From Candidatus Hydrogenedentota bacterium (lineage in GTDB: Bacteria > Hydrogenedentota > Hydrogenedentia > Hydrogenedentales > JAJRTN01): a DNA stretch of 64,000 nucleotides. The stretch covers positions 14,560 to 78,559 of the forward strand of contig JAJRTN010000045.1 of assembly GCA_024278275.1 (NCBI GenBank), written 5' to 3'. A model generated the notes under the pieces. The model worked only from the letters and a program-made list of their open reading frames with translations. It was not told the DNA's origin and searched no databases. The stretch's first letter is position 1. Each line of letters opens with the position of its first letter. A program made the translations under genes and the position numbers. Positions 18,761 to 28,025 of the stretch are shown one piece after another.

Positions 18761-19003
18761 CCATGAAAAGGGCGAAGTCACGCCGTCAACCCATGGAGCC
18801 CCGAGTTCGTGGGGATGACGGTTCTCGGGGACACCAACGGCTGGCCGGTACCTTTATGCACAACATGGGGGTACACGCTGTCGCCCGCCTCCCTTTGCCA
18901 GGCGGCCCTTGACCTGCCCCATCCGCCCTGCTCGCGACGAAGTTGATGAAAGGTTCGGGCTTGGCCGGTGGCCGCGAAGGGGGAGGTCACCGGGTTCCAT
19001 GCA

Positions 19004-20266
19004 TTACTTCAGGAACAGCTCCACCACGGGGACGACGACATCCGGCTTTTTCACGGGCAGTTCCAGGGTGAGGTCTCCGTCGGTGTCGTGGAAGCGGATT
19101 TCGGAAGCGTCGTTGAGGAGTTGGGCGTAGGCCACCTTACCGGCGAGGCCGGGGAGATGGGCGTGAATGAAGGGCCAGGCAAAGAAATGGACGTAGAGGC
19201 GCTCACCCTTTTGCGTGTAGCGGCAGCCGTTGGGCGCTTCATGTTCACTCTGGGTCGCGCCATAAATCGCCCGGTCGTGGTCGTCCATCCACCGGGCGTA
19301 CACATCCAGGGCATCCAGGGCGCGCCGGTCGAGCGTACCCCGTGCCGTGGGGCCCACGTTCATGAGCAGGTTGCCGCCCATGCTGACGGAGTTGATGAGC
19401 ATCTGGATGAGTTGTTCGGGACTTTTCCAGGTGGCCTCGTCGCGGTGGTAGCCCCAGGAACCGCTGAAGGTCTGGCAGGTTTCCCAATAGACCGGCTTGC
19501 CGTCCACCCTTACCCATTCCCGCGGCTGGAATTGCTCCGGCGTGTGAATGTCGGCCTGTTCCGCGGGCAGGTCGAGGCGGTTGTCCACGATGATGCCCGG
19601 TTGCAGTTCCCGCACCATTTTGAGCAACGCTTCGCTGCCCCAGTCTTCGCGTCCCTTGCCGGGCATGCCCCGGTATTCATGGTTCGGGTAGGAAAAGTCG
19701 AACCACATGATGTCAATTTTGCCGTAGTGGGTGAGCAGTTCCCGCACCTGGTTGTGGAGGTATTCGCGGTAGCGGGCCATGTCCCGGCCTTCGTTCATTT
19801 TCAGGGCGTCGGGGTGGTTGCGCAGGGGGTGCATGCCGTCGATGGTGAAGTCGGGGTGATGCCAATCGATGATGGAGTAGTAGAAGCCGACCTTCAGGCC
19901 CTCCGCGCGGAAGGCCTCCACCACCTCGCGGATGAGGTCCCTGCCGCAGGGGGTGTTGGTGGCCTTGTAATCGGTGAATTGTGAATCGAAGAGACAGAAG
20001 CCCTCGTGGTGCTTGGTGGTGATGACAAAGTACTTCATGCCCGCCTCGCGGGCCTTGCGCGCCCACAGCTTCGGGTCGAAGCGGTCCGGGTCGAAGTAAC
20101 GGAAGTATTTGTCGTAGACCTCGTCGGGGATTTCCTCGATGTTCTTTACCCATTCGTGACGCGCGGCGAGGGCGTAGGTACCCCAATGAATGAACATGCC
20201 GAAGCGGTCCCGTACGAACCAGTCCATGTCTCCGGAAACCGGCGCGGGCTGTGGTATGGCGGTCAT
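19004..20266 (-). CDS. Alpha-L-fucosidase, glycoside hydrolase family 29
   Basis: …FGMFIHWGTYALAARHEWV…KYFVITTKHHEGFCLFDS…GFYYSIIDWHHPDF…IMWFDFSYP… is characteristic of GH29. Confidence 0.85.
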   Translation of the reverse strand: MTAIPQPAPVSGDMDWFVRDRFGMFIHWGTYALAARHEWVKNIEEIPDEVYDKYFRYFDPDRFDPKLWARKAREAGMKYFVITTKHHEGFCLFDSQFTDYKATNTPCGRDLIREVVEAFRAEGLKVGFYYSIIDWHHPDFTIDGMHPLRNHPDALKMNEGRDMARYREYLHNQVRELLTHYGKIDIMWFDFSYPNHEYRGMPGKGREDWGSEALLKMVRELQPGIIVDNRLDLPAEQADIHTPEQFQPREWVRVDGKPVYWETCQTFSGSWGYHRDEATWKSPEQLIQMLINSVSMGGNLLMNVGPTARGTLDRRALDALDVYARWMDDHDRAIYGATQSEHEAPNGCRYTQKGERLYVHFFAWPFIHAHLPGLAGKVAYAQLLNDASEIRFHDTDGDLTLELPVKKPDVVVPVVELFLK

Positions 20267-20299
20267 GACGTGTCTCCTGCTGGTGATTCAGTTCCTGTG

Positions 20300-21109
20300 T
20301 TATTTCGGGGCCCGCTCTTTGGGGGCGTCGAGTTCTTCGAGAACCCCTTGCTTCAGCGGAGTGAAAAGCACGGCCACCTGGTCATGGGCGGTTTTGGCGA
20401 GGTGTTTGCGATCCTCCCCGCTGAGGGGGGCTTCGGCATAGCGAATAATGGCGTCGAAATGGGGCAGGGGCAGCAAACGCTTGAGGTGATCGCCCAGGGG
20501 TTCGGAGCGCCACCAGGCGATGCAGTCGGCGGCGGCGGGATATCCCGCGGGTGTGGCGTAGCTGATGGCGGCGCAATGGATGGGAAAACCCTTTTCGGCG
20601 GCCACCTGGAACAGGGCGGGCTTGAAGGCGCATACCTCCGCGCCACGGGAACAGGTGGATTCCGGAAAGGCGTGGACGCCGTCCCCCTTGGCCAGCACAT
20701 CGGCGATGAGACCCATCACGCGGACGCTGTCGCGGGCCTGTTTTCGGTCGATGAATATCTGCTGGCTGGTGCGGGCGATACGGCCCAGGACGGGCCAGTT
20801 TTGCATGTTGGCGCGGGCAATGAAAACGCAGCCCAACTCCCGGGCCAGGAAGAAGACGTCCACGTAGCTCAGGTGATTGGAAACGATGAAGTAGGGAGGG
20901 GTGGGCGGCGTGCCTTCCCGCCGTACGCGCGCGCCCAGGATACGGAGCATTCCGGCGCCCCACAGGCGGATTACCACACGGCGCGGGGCGCGTGAGCGGG
21001 TGTCGGAGCAACCGGTGGCCAGGTAGGCCGACAGCCATACTCCCCAGCAAAAGAAGCTCCACCCGAAAAGCAGTGGCAGCTTGACGTAGTAGCGCATGGT
21101 TCCCATCAC
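20300..21109 (-). CDS. Lysophospholipid (1-acyl-sn-glycerol-3-phosphate) acyltransferase, PlsC/LPLAT family
   Basis: N-terminal TM helices. H-x4-D block FIVSNHLSYVDV and …FPESTCSRG (FPEGTRS-like block III). Confidence 0.8.
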   Translation of the reverse strand: MMGTMRYYVKLPLLFGWSFFCWGVWLSAYLATGCSDTRSRAPRRVVIRLWGAGMLRILGARVRREGTPPTPPYFIVSNHLSYVDVFFLARELGCVFIARANMQNWPVLGRIARTSQQIFIDRKQARDSVRVMGLIADVLAKGDGVHAFPESTCSRGAEVCAFKPALFQVAAEKGFPIHCAAISYATPAGYPAAADCIAWWRSEPLGDHLKRLLPLPHFDAIIRYAEAPLSGEDRKHLAKTAHDQVAVLFTPLKQGVLEELDAPKERAPK

Positions 21110-21142
21110 AGATCTCGCACGTGTCGTCGCTTCCCTGCACCG

Positions 21143-22015
21143 CTACGGCATGGGTTCGAACTTGGAGCGCACTGCCTCATGCAGCCGCCGCGCCAGTTCC
21201 TTTCGGTCGCTTTCCATGATCGGTTCTTCCCCAAAGCGCACGGTGGCGGTGAAACCCCGGTGGCGGAGCAACCGGCGGACATGGTACATCAACGGTTCGG
21301 GCCGCCACCAGCCGACGATCTCGGAGGCGGGTGGACAGCCCGCGTGGGTCCGGTAGGAAATGGCGGCGTAGTGGATCGGGATGCCCGCGCTCACGGCGGG
21401 TTGAATGAGGGAGGACTTGAAAGGTTCCACGTCGAGGCCGCGCGAGATGCCGCCCTCGGCGAAAACAACGAGTCCATCCCCCATTTCCATGGCGTGCCTG
21501 ATGAGTCCATTCACGCGGACCGTGTCGCGGCGGTTGCTTCGGTCGACGAAAATAGTGTGGAGGGCCTTCGAGAGGAAACCGAGTACCGGCCACTTCGACA
21601 CATCGCCCTTGGCGACGAAGGTGGCGCCCACGATCCCGTTGATGAGCCACGGATCGATATAGCTGACGTGGTTGCACACCAGGTAGAACGGATGCCTGGG
21701 CATGGGACCTTCCACCACGACCTTCGCGCCGAGAAAGGGAAAGAAGACGCGCCCCCATAGATAAACAATGGCCCGGCGCAAGCGGCGATCAAGCCGCTCA
21801 TTTACCAGCACCACGGGCCACACCGCAACCCGAAGCATAACAATGAATGCGGTCCAGAGAATGAGTACCGGAAACCGGATGAACAAACGCAGGTATGGCA
21901 TGACAATTCCCAACAACCTTTGCAGGCCCACAGTGTACCATGCGTGGAACGACGCAGGCACGCGATGCGGCAATACGGCATTTGGGTCCCGGCTATGCCA
22001 GGTTAGAAGGACCAT
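21143..22015 (-). CDS. Lysophospholipid acyltransferase, PlsC/LPLAT family (second paralog)
   Basis: YLVCNHVSYIDP (HxxxxD) and VFAEGGISRG (FPEGT-like). N-terminal TM. Confidence 0.8.
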   Translation of the reverse strand: MVLLTWHSRDPNAVLPHRVPASFHAWYTVGLQRLLGIVMPYLRLFIRFPVLILWTAFIVMLRVAVWPVVLVNERLDRRLRRAIVYLWGRVFFPFLGAKVVVEGPMPRHPFYLVCNHVSYIDPWLINGIVGATFVAKGDVSKWPVLGFLSKALHTIFVDRSNRRDTVRVNGLIRHAMEMGDGLVVFAEGGISRGLDVEPFKSSLIQPAVSAGIPIHYAAISYRTHAGCPPASEIVGWWRPEPLMYHVRRLLRHRGFTATVRFGEEPIMESDRKELARRLHEAVRSKFEPMP

Positions 22016-22211
22016 GAACCAAAAAGAGCAGTACGTAGGGTGACCCTACTTCGGAACCACGGTTCTCCGAGGAGATGATTCCGGCTATGCCGGGTTAGGT
22101 TCAAGCGGGTGAAGCCCACCTCTGTCCCGTAGAAGCCATGCCGCTTCGTCCCGTAAGGGACGATTGAACCTGTGCCCGAGCCTGGGGCTTTAGTGCATGG
22201 AAGGCTTTCAG

Positions 22212-24164
22212 TCAGGCGAGGACCCCCTGAAAGATCCTCAGCACGCTTTCCCGCTCTTTTTCGACGGTGTAGTGTTGGTGGATATAGTCGGCGGCACGTT
22301 GGGCCTGCCCTGCGGGGTCTTGCCGGAGGACCTGCTCGACGGCGCAGACATAGGCCACGATATCGCCGGTTTCGACGGGGTGGGCGTAGGGAGGGCGGAG
22401 GAACTCGCGGCCGCCGTTGCCGTGGTAGCCGATGACGACGCAGCCGCAGGCCATGGCCTCGGCGGGGGGGAGGCCGAAGCCTTCGGGATGGCCAAAGCTG
22501 AGGAAATAAGCGGACTCGCGAAGTATGCGTGCCGCGTCTTCTTCGGAAGCCCCGTCGATGGGGACGATGGGCAGGTCGAGTCCGCGGGCGCGGAGGATAT
22601 GAAGCACCTGGGTGGCGTCCTCGCGGTTTTTGCGGGGCATGTAGGCCAACTGGCGCTTTTTCACGGCGGGATCATAGTGGTAGCGGTCGGGGTCGATGGC
22701 GTAGACGATACGATGGACGGGCACGTCCGGAAAGGCCAGCCGCAGGTAGTTGGCGTTGTCTTCGGAGACCACGATGATACCCTTGGCCTCCTCATGGGCG
22801 TAGGGGCCGGTGTAGCTTTCCGGGTAGGGCACGAAGGTGTTGTAGGCGTTCTGGTTGAGGATGACGCGGGGCACGCCGGGGGAAAGGCGCATGGCGTGGG
22901 GTCCGAAAATCTCGGGGATCACGAGCAGGTCATGGTGACGCGGGGTCACTTCGCCCATGTACCGGATCATCGTGTCGTTGTCGAACCAATCGCAACGGAA
23001 AGGAGAGGCCTGGTGCAGCACGCACGCGGGCGTGCCCGCGGCGTTCAGGATATCCACGTATCGGTAGATCTTGCGGATGCCGCCCGCGGGCGGTGTGTAA
23101 TCGGGACAGAGGAAGTAAATGGTGGGAGCATCACCCAGCGACGCCAGGAAAGCGGCGGCATCCCGCGCGTTCCCCAGGGCTTCAGCGTAATCCGGGTCGC
23201 GGACCAGGGCCTGTTTGAAAAGCTCCAGGGCCAATTCGTATTGTCCCGCCTCCCATACTACCGCGCCCAGGTCGTTGTGATAGCGGGCCACCTCGGGGCA
23301 GGTCTCGACGGCTTGGCGCAGGAATCGCGTGGCCCTCGCAAGGTCGCCCTGTTTCATGGCCTCTTTGGCGCGTTCATGGAGGCGCGCGGCCCGTGCCTCG
23401 GGGGATTCGGGTTCGGGCAGGTTGATCGCCCACTTCTCCCGGTAACGCCGGCGGTTTTCCGCCATGATCGCTTTGAACGCTTCACCTTTCAGGCCCATGG
23501 CCGAGAAAGTTTTTCCGCCATGGTGGAAGACGAAGCTGTCCTCCGCGATGACGAGACGGTAGCCCGCCTGGCGCGCGCGCGTGCAATAGTCGTCGTCCTC
23601 GTAGTTGCCGATGGCGAAACGTTCATCGAAAAGTCCGATCTCCGCCAATGCTTTATCCCGGATCATGAGACAGAATCCGATCAGACGGGTGACATACCGG
23701 ACACGGCCCGCAAAGGCCCTCACCCGTTCCACCCCGTGGGCGGCGATGGCCTGTTCATTGGGGAAGTCGGGTCCCTCGATCTGCTGGGGGCCCGCGGCGT
23801 TGTTGCTGACCGGTCCCGCCAGGCCCGTGTCCGGGCTGGAAAGTAGGGCGTGTTCGAGGCGTGTGAGCCAGCCCTCGGTCACGAGGGTGTCGCTGTTGAG
23901 CAGCACCACATGGCCCGTCGCTTCCTTCAGTCCCAGGTTCACGCCCCCGGCAAACCCCAGGTTTTCGGGCGAATGAATCACCGTGGCGCCGGGTACGGTG
24001 TCGAAGTATTCCGACACGCCGTCGGTGCTGCCGTTGTCCACCAGGATCAGGCGGTGGGCGCGTCGGGTGTTACGGCGCAGCGCGCCGATGCAGGCGCGGC
24101 AGTAGTCCAGTTGGTTGAACGCGGGGATGATAATGGAAACGGGGTTTTCGTCGTGGTCGGCCAC
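22212..24164 (-). CDS. Multidomain glycosyltransferase: N-terminal GT2, central TPR repeats, C-terminal GT4 (group 1) domain
   Basis: VSIIIPAFNQ…LILVDNGSTDG (GT2). A TPR-like stretch (…YHNDLGAVVWEAGQYELALELFKQALVRDPDYAEAL…). C-terminal …HPEGFGLPPAEAMACGCVVIG… (GT4 EX7E motif). Confidence 0.8.
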   Translation of the reverse strand: MADHDENPVSIIIPAFNQLDYCRACIGALRRNTRRAHRLILVDNGSTDGVSEYFDTVPGATVIHSPENLGFAGGVNLGLKEATGHVVLLNSDTLVTEGWLTRLEHALLSSPDTGLAGPVSNNAAGPQQIEGPDFPNEQAIAAHGVERVRAFAGRVRYVTRLIGFCLMIRDKALAEIGLFDERFAIGNYEDDDYCTRARQAGYRLVIAEDSFVFHHGGKTFSAMGLKGEAFKAIMAENRRRYREKWAINLPEPESPEARAARLHERAKEAMKQGDLARATRFLRQAVETCPEVARYHNDLGAVVWEAGQYELALELFKQALVRDPDYAEALGNARDAAAFLASLGDAPTIYFLCPDYTPPAGGIRKIYRYVDILNAAGTPACVLHQASPFRCDWFDNDTMIRYMGEVTPRHHDLLVIPEIFGPHAMRLSPGVPRVILNQNAYNTFVPYPESYTGPYAHEEAKGIIVVSEDNANYLRLAFPDVPVHRIVYAIDPDRYHYDPAVKKRQLAYMPRKNREDATQVLHILRARGLDLPIVPIDGASEEDAARILRESAYFLSFGHPEGFGLPPAEAMACGCVVIGYHGNGGREFLRPPYAHPVETGDIVAYVCAVEQVLRQDPAGQAQRAADYIHQHYTVEKERESVLRIFQGVLA

Positions 24165-24173
24165 GTCGGGGGA

Positions 24174-25811
24174 TTATCCTTTCAGCAGGGTGTATAACGC
24201 GGGGTCGATGGCGGCGTAGACCTTGCGCAGTTCCACCATGAAGGCCTCGAAGCGCGCCGCGTCGGGGCCCGACAACGCCTCGGGAGGCCCCTCGTCGAGC
24301 ATGGGCGCCACGTCGCGGCGAACCCGGGCGCCCAGGCCGCCCTCCCGGGAGGCGTCGAGTTCCGTCAATGAGTCCAGCATGACCGCCTGAATATACCGCA
24401 CCGTCCCGGCCCCGATCAGTTTTTTTTCGAGGCAACAGGCCAGGTTCTGGAAGGTGCAGTGGAAGATGTAGAGGAAATCCAGGTAAAGGGCGGGGTGGCG
24501 TGATGGGGCGCCCGCGTCGTCGTTGATAAGGCGGACCGATTGGTTCAGGGTGGTGGGCATTTCCTCCAGGACGGCGGTCAGGCTGTTCAGTATGCCGTGG
24601 TCTTCCCGGTGGGCCCGGGCCCATCCCCACAGGGTTCGCAGGGCGCTGTCGTTGCTGTCCCGCCGCATGTGGAAGGCCCGGGCGTTGGGGGTGACCGTGC
24701 AGGTGTATCCCGCGGCATGGAGTTTTCGGGCAATGTCGCCGTCTTCGGAGTTGGTTCGGTAACGCTCGTCGTAACCGCCCACCTCCAACACCCGTTTCCG
24801 CACGTACAGGGTGTTTGATCCGTAGAGGAAACGGGGCGCGTGAATACGTGCCGGGCCCGGATCCTGGGAGAGGTGAAGGGCGCGCCAGAGGTCGGCGGGG
24901 GTCCGGGTGTGCAATTCGTGCAGCCGCCCCCCCACGCCCGCCACGTCCGGGGCGGCGTTTTCCAATTCCATCATGGCGTACTTGGCGTAACCGGGGTCGG
25001 GATAGGCATCGGTATCCAGCGCGCCCAGGTAGTCGGTCCGGGCGTTCCGGAAGGCCGTGTTGCGGGCCGCGGCGAGACCGCGATTGCGGTCATGGCGCAG
25101 CACGGTGACGGGAAAAGCCTCCGCGATGCGGATGCTGTCGTCCGGGGTGCCGTCGTCCACCACGTAGACCGCGTCCAGGGGATGGTTCAGCGCGAAAATC
25201 CCTTCGAGGGCGCGCCGGATGAACCGTTCCACCTTGTAGACGGGCAGGTAGAAGGCCAGGGTGCGGCGCCGGGGCATGGGGTCCAGGTACAGATCGAAGC
25301 GGCGCGGGCGGCCCGCAGCCAGGTCATCGCGCAAGACGATGAGATCGCCCTGTTCCGGGGCAAGGTCCAAGCTGACCCCGATGAGTTCTCCCGCCAGGCC
25401 GTGGATGCCGGCATGGGCCAGCCAGCGGATCACCAGGTTGAGCGTGGACACATCGCCACCGGCCCGGCGCAGCCCCGTCTCCATCACGTCGCAGGCATCC
25501 TGGAGGCGATGGGCACTAAGCAGCGCCTTGGCGACCGAGTAGAAGACCCAGGGGTCTTGGGCGCATTCCACCTCCGCCTTGAGTTCATCGCGGGACGCAC
25601 CCGTGAGAAGGCCCAGGACCAGGCGGTCCGCCGGGGAAGTCCGCGCCTGCGGCGCCAGGGCCCGAAGGGCCTTCCGGTCGCCCCGAAGGGCGTGAAAATA
25701 CAGCAGGTCCGCCACGGAACCGGTGGCCTCGGCCGCGCCGTGCAGCTGGCGTTCCTGGTATTGGGCGACGGTTTGTGTCACGCCGGCATCCATGGGTGCG
25801 GGGTGGCGCAA
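24174..25811 (-). CDS. Glycosyltransferase family 2 protein with N-terminal extension
   Basis: Central …LAFYLPVYKVERFIRRALEGIFALNH…VYVVDDGTPDDS…DTDAYPDPGY… is a GT2 core. ~180-aa N-terminal region of unknown function. Confidence 0.7.
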   Translation of the reverse strand: MRHPAPMDAGVTQTVAQYQERQLHGAAEATGSVADLLYFHALRGDRKALRALAPQARTSPADRLVLGLLTGASRDELKAEVECAQDPWVFYSVAKALLSAHRLQDACDVMETGLRRAGGDVSTLNLVIRWLAHAGIHGLAGELIGVSLDLAPEQGDLIVLRDDLAAGRPRRFDLYLDPMPRRRTLAFYLPVYKVERFIRRALEGIFALNHPLDAVYVVDDGTPDDSIRIAEAFPVTVLRHDRNRGLAAARNTAFRNARTDYLGALDTDAYPDPGYAKYAMMELENAAPDVAGVGGRLHELHTRTPADLWRALHLSQDPGPARIHAPRFLYGSNTLYVRKRVLEVGGYDERYRTNSEDGDIARKLHAAGYTCTVTPNARAFHMRRDSNDSALRTLWGWARAHREDHGILNSLTAVLEEMPTTLNQSVRLINDDAGAPSRHPALYLDFLYIFHCTFQNLACCLEKKLIGAGTVRYIQAVMLDSLTELDASREGGLGARVRRDVAPMLDEGPPEALSGPDAARFEAFMVELRKVYAAIDPALYTLLKG

Positions 25812-25937
25812 GGAGCGGTCTTCCGGCCCGAAATCCGGTCTTGGTCACCGGCGGGGACGGACAAGCCGCGCGTTGCGCTCGATCTCGTTTCCTTGCATCG
25901 GGCCCTTGGGAAAAACGGACGTTTCCCAGCCGTGCCG

Positions 25938-26936
25938 CTAATCCTCGTAATAGTACCGTTCGCCGGTGGACTTTATCTCCAGGGCGATGCCGTGGCGGCG
26001 GACGGCGATGAGCGTGGCCTCCGACCCGGCAATGCGCTCGCCCACGTAGACCTTCTCCATGTTGATAATCGCGTGGGCGTAGGGCCGGTCGGGGCTGGGC
26101 TCCTTGAGCATGTTGATGGTCATGTTCTCAAGCCCGTAGCGCCGCTTCTCCGTCTCCCGCAGGGGGGGCAACTTGCGGATGTCATCGGGGAGGGGGCGCT
26201 CCCGGGGTTTTTCTGGAACGGGACCAGGACGGGATGGTTTGGGCGCGGGGGGGGCCACACGGGCCACTCGCAGGGGGGCGGGCGTCGCGGACGCGGCGGA
26301 CGGCGCGGGTTCCACGTTTCGTGGTACCGGTGACGGCGCGGGCGTTACGACGGCCGGGGCCGCTCCGCCCGTGGTAAACTGCACCGTTACAACGGTGGGC
26401 GCGGCGGGTTGGGGGATTACGGCCTGCGGAACCGGCGATGGAGGCGCCGGTTGAGCCGACGGGGCGGCCGGGGCCGGCGTGGGCGCCGGACGCGGGAGGG
26501 GCGCGGGTGTCGTGGTCTCGGATACGGGGTGCGGCGCGACCGGAACCTCATGCGGTTGCACCGGCGTTGAGACGGGCGGCGGCTCCATGGGCGCGGGGGG
26601 GGATTTCGGGGCGGATACGGCGGCCAATGGCCCGCCGGGGGCCGGTGTTTGTTGCGCTTCGGCGCCATTGCCTGTTCCGGCCAGTTTCAGGGCCAGCACC
26701 GTGGAGACGGTCAACATGGCGGTAAGCAACACGGCACCGCTGGCGACATAGAGCCAGGGGGAAACCTGGCGTTTGCCTCGGCGGCGGCGTTCCAGGGCGG
26801 CTTCGGCGGTCTTTACGTCCATTCCCGCGGGCGGCGCGGATGACACGGGCGACAGGTCGGGCCGTGGGTCCGCGCCATTGTCTTGGGCGGCCCGCTCGGC
26901 TTCGACTTTTCGTAGTGCGTCGAGAATGGAACTCAT
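25938..26936 (-). CDS. Proline-rich bitopic membrane protein, GspB/ExeB-like candidate (partner of GspA)
   Basis: Short cytoplasmic N-terminus, one TM (WLYVASGAVLLTAMLTVSTVLAL), ~200-aa Pro/Ala-rich periplasmic linker and a ~70-aa C-terminal globular domain. Located in-operon 2 genes downstream of the GspA-like ATPase. The GspB assignment rests on position and architecture. Confidence 0.4.
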   Translation of the reverse strand: MSSILDALRKVEAERAAQDNGADPRPDLSPVSSAPPAGMDVKTAEAALERRRRGKRQVSPWLYVASGAVLLTAMLTVSTVLALKLAGTGNGAEAQQTPAPGGPLAAVSAPKSPPAPMEPPPVSTPVQPHEVPVAPHPVSETTTPAPLPRPAPTPAPAAPSAQPAPPSPVPQAVIPQPAAPTVVTVQFTTGGAAPAVVTPAPSPVPRNVEPAPSAASATPAPLRVARVAPPAPKPSRPGPVPEKPRERPLPDDIRKLPPLRETEKRRYGLENMTINMLKEPSPDRPYAHAIINMEKVYVGERIAGSEATLIAVRRHGIALEIKSTGERYYYED

Positions 26937-26952
26937 GGTCTACCTTGGTCCG

Positions 26953-28023
26953 CTATTGTTTTCCGTCAAACCAGTAGGTTTGAAACGCTTCGAAGGCGGA
27001 GGCCAGGGCCTCCACATTCTCCGGGGGGGTGGGCGGATAGATGCCCGCTACCAATTCCAGGCCGCCGGCGGGATCGCCGAGGGTCCGGACCTCCTCCTCG
27101 ACCAGTTCCCGGATCTCGGTGGGCGTGCCGTAGGGCACGGTGGTCTGCCGGTCCACGTCGAGGCTGATACAGATACGCCCCTTCAGTTCACGGCGCAGGT
27201 TCTCGATTCCGTTGCACAAGTCCTGCGGATTGATAATGGTCACGCCCGCCACGATAAGATCGTCCAGCAGATCCATGATATAGCCGTCACTGTGCAGGTA
27301 GACCTGCTTGCCCCGCGCGCGGCAGGGTGCGATAAGCCGCTCGTAGACGGGCTTGCAGTAGCGGCGAAACATGGCCGGGCTGATGATGGAAGCGTTCTGC
27401 GAACCCAAGTCTTCCGCCAGGCTGATCATGTCCACGTCCGCGTCGAGATACTCCTCGACAATCGTCTTGTTGTGTCCATACAGGGCTTCGACGAGTTCGT
27501 CCAGCCGGGGCTCCTCGGTGGCCATGTCGATCATCAGGTTCTCAAAGCCCCGCAGATAGGTAAGCCGCATGAAATGGAAGCCATGGGGCGGCCCGCCTGC
27601 CGCCAGTTGCCCGGCGGCCTTGCTCCGGGCCAGGTTTTCCCGGATCCACGCCCAGTCCACGGGGCCCCGATCGCCCGTCTCCAGGGGATCGGGCACACGG
27701 TAGTTGGACCACGCCTCCCAGGAGGCCAGGGGGTGGCGCGTCACCACGCCTTCAATACCGTTCATGGGGGTTTCCCACACGCAACCCCACGCATCGGTGA
27801 AGGGCTCGCCCACCTGGTGGGCGGGGCCGAAGCGGAAATGGTCATAGTCCCGCTTTCCGGGCACGAAGTCCGGCCATAAGCGGGGGTGGCGGGCCACGAC
27901 TTCCTCGAGGTCATGGCGCAACTGGTCCCAACTCGCGTTCGAGATATGAAGCCCCACCGGCATGTATTCCGGATGCTCAAACGATGCGTTCCGCAGGTAG
28001 TTCTCGCGTGGACTCAGCCCCAT
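26953..28023 (-). CDS. Uroporphyrinogen decarboxylase (URO-D) family protein (paralog 2), embedded between gspA-like and gspB-like genes
   Basis: 356 aa, URO-D/MtaA-like fold and paralogous to 8569-9627. Intergenic gaps to neighbours are only 2 nt and 16 nt, so it is predicted to be co-transcribed. Confidence 0.7.
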   Translation of the reverse strand: MGLSPRENYLRNASFEHPEYMPVGLHISNASWDQLRHDLEEVVARHPRLWPDFVPGKRDYDHFRFGPAHQVGEPFTDAWGCVWETPMNGIEGVVTRHPLASWEAWSNYRVPDPLETGDRGPVDWAWIRENLARSKAAGQLAAGGPPHGFHFMRLTYLRGFENLMIDMATEEPRLDELVEALYGHNKTIVEEYLDADVDMISLAEDLGSQNASIISPAMFRRYCKPVYERLIAPCRARGKQVYLHSDGYIMDLLDDLIVAGVTIINPQDLCNGIENLRRELKGRICISLDVDRQTTVPYGTPTEIRELVEEEVRTLGDPAGGLELVAGIYPPTPPENVEALASAFEAFQTYWFDGKQ

Positions 28024-28025
28024 GC

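Noticed and set aside
18483-19003. Searched the long convergent intergenic region for tRNA, tmRNA or small ORFs
   Set aside because: No cloverleaf-compatible arms or T-loop GTTCRA motif. The only ORFs (78 aa, 70 aa) are Arg/Pro-rich with no start context. Only the palindrome is reported.
22197-23846. 549-aa plus-strand ORF opposite the GT2-TPR-GT4 gene
   Set aside because: Antisense artefact. Gly/Val/Asp-rich with no domain. The sense strand has three recognisable domains.
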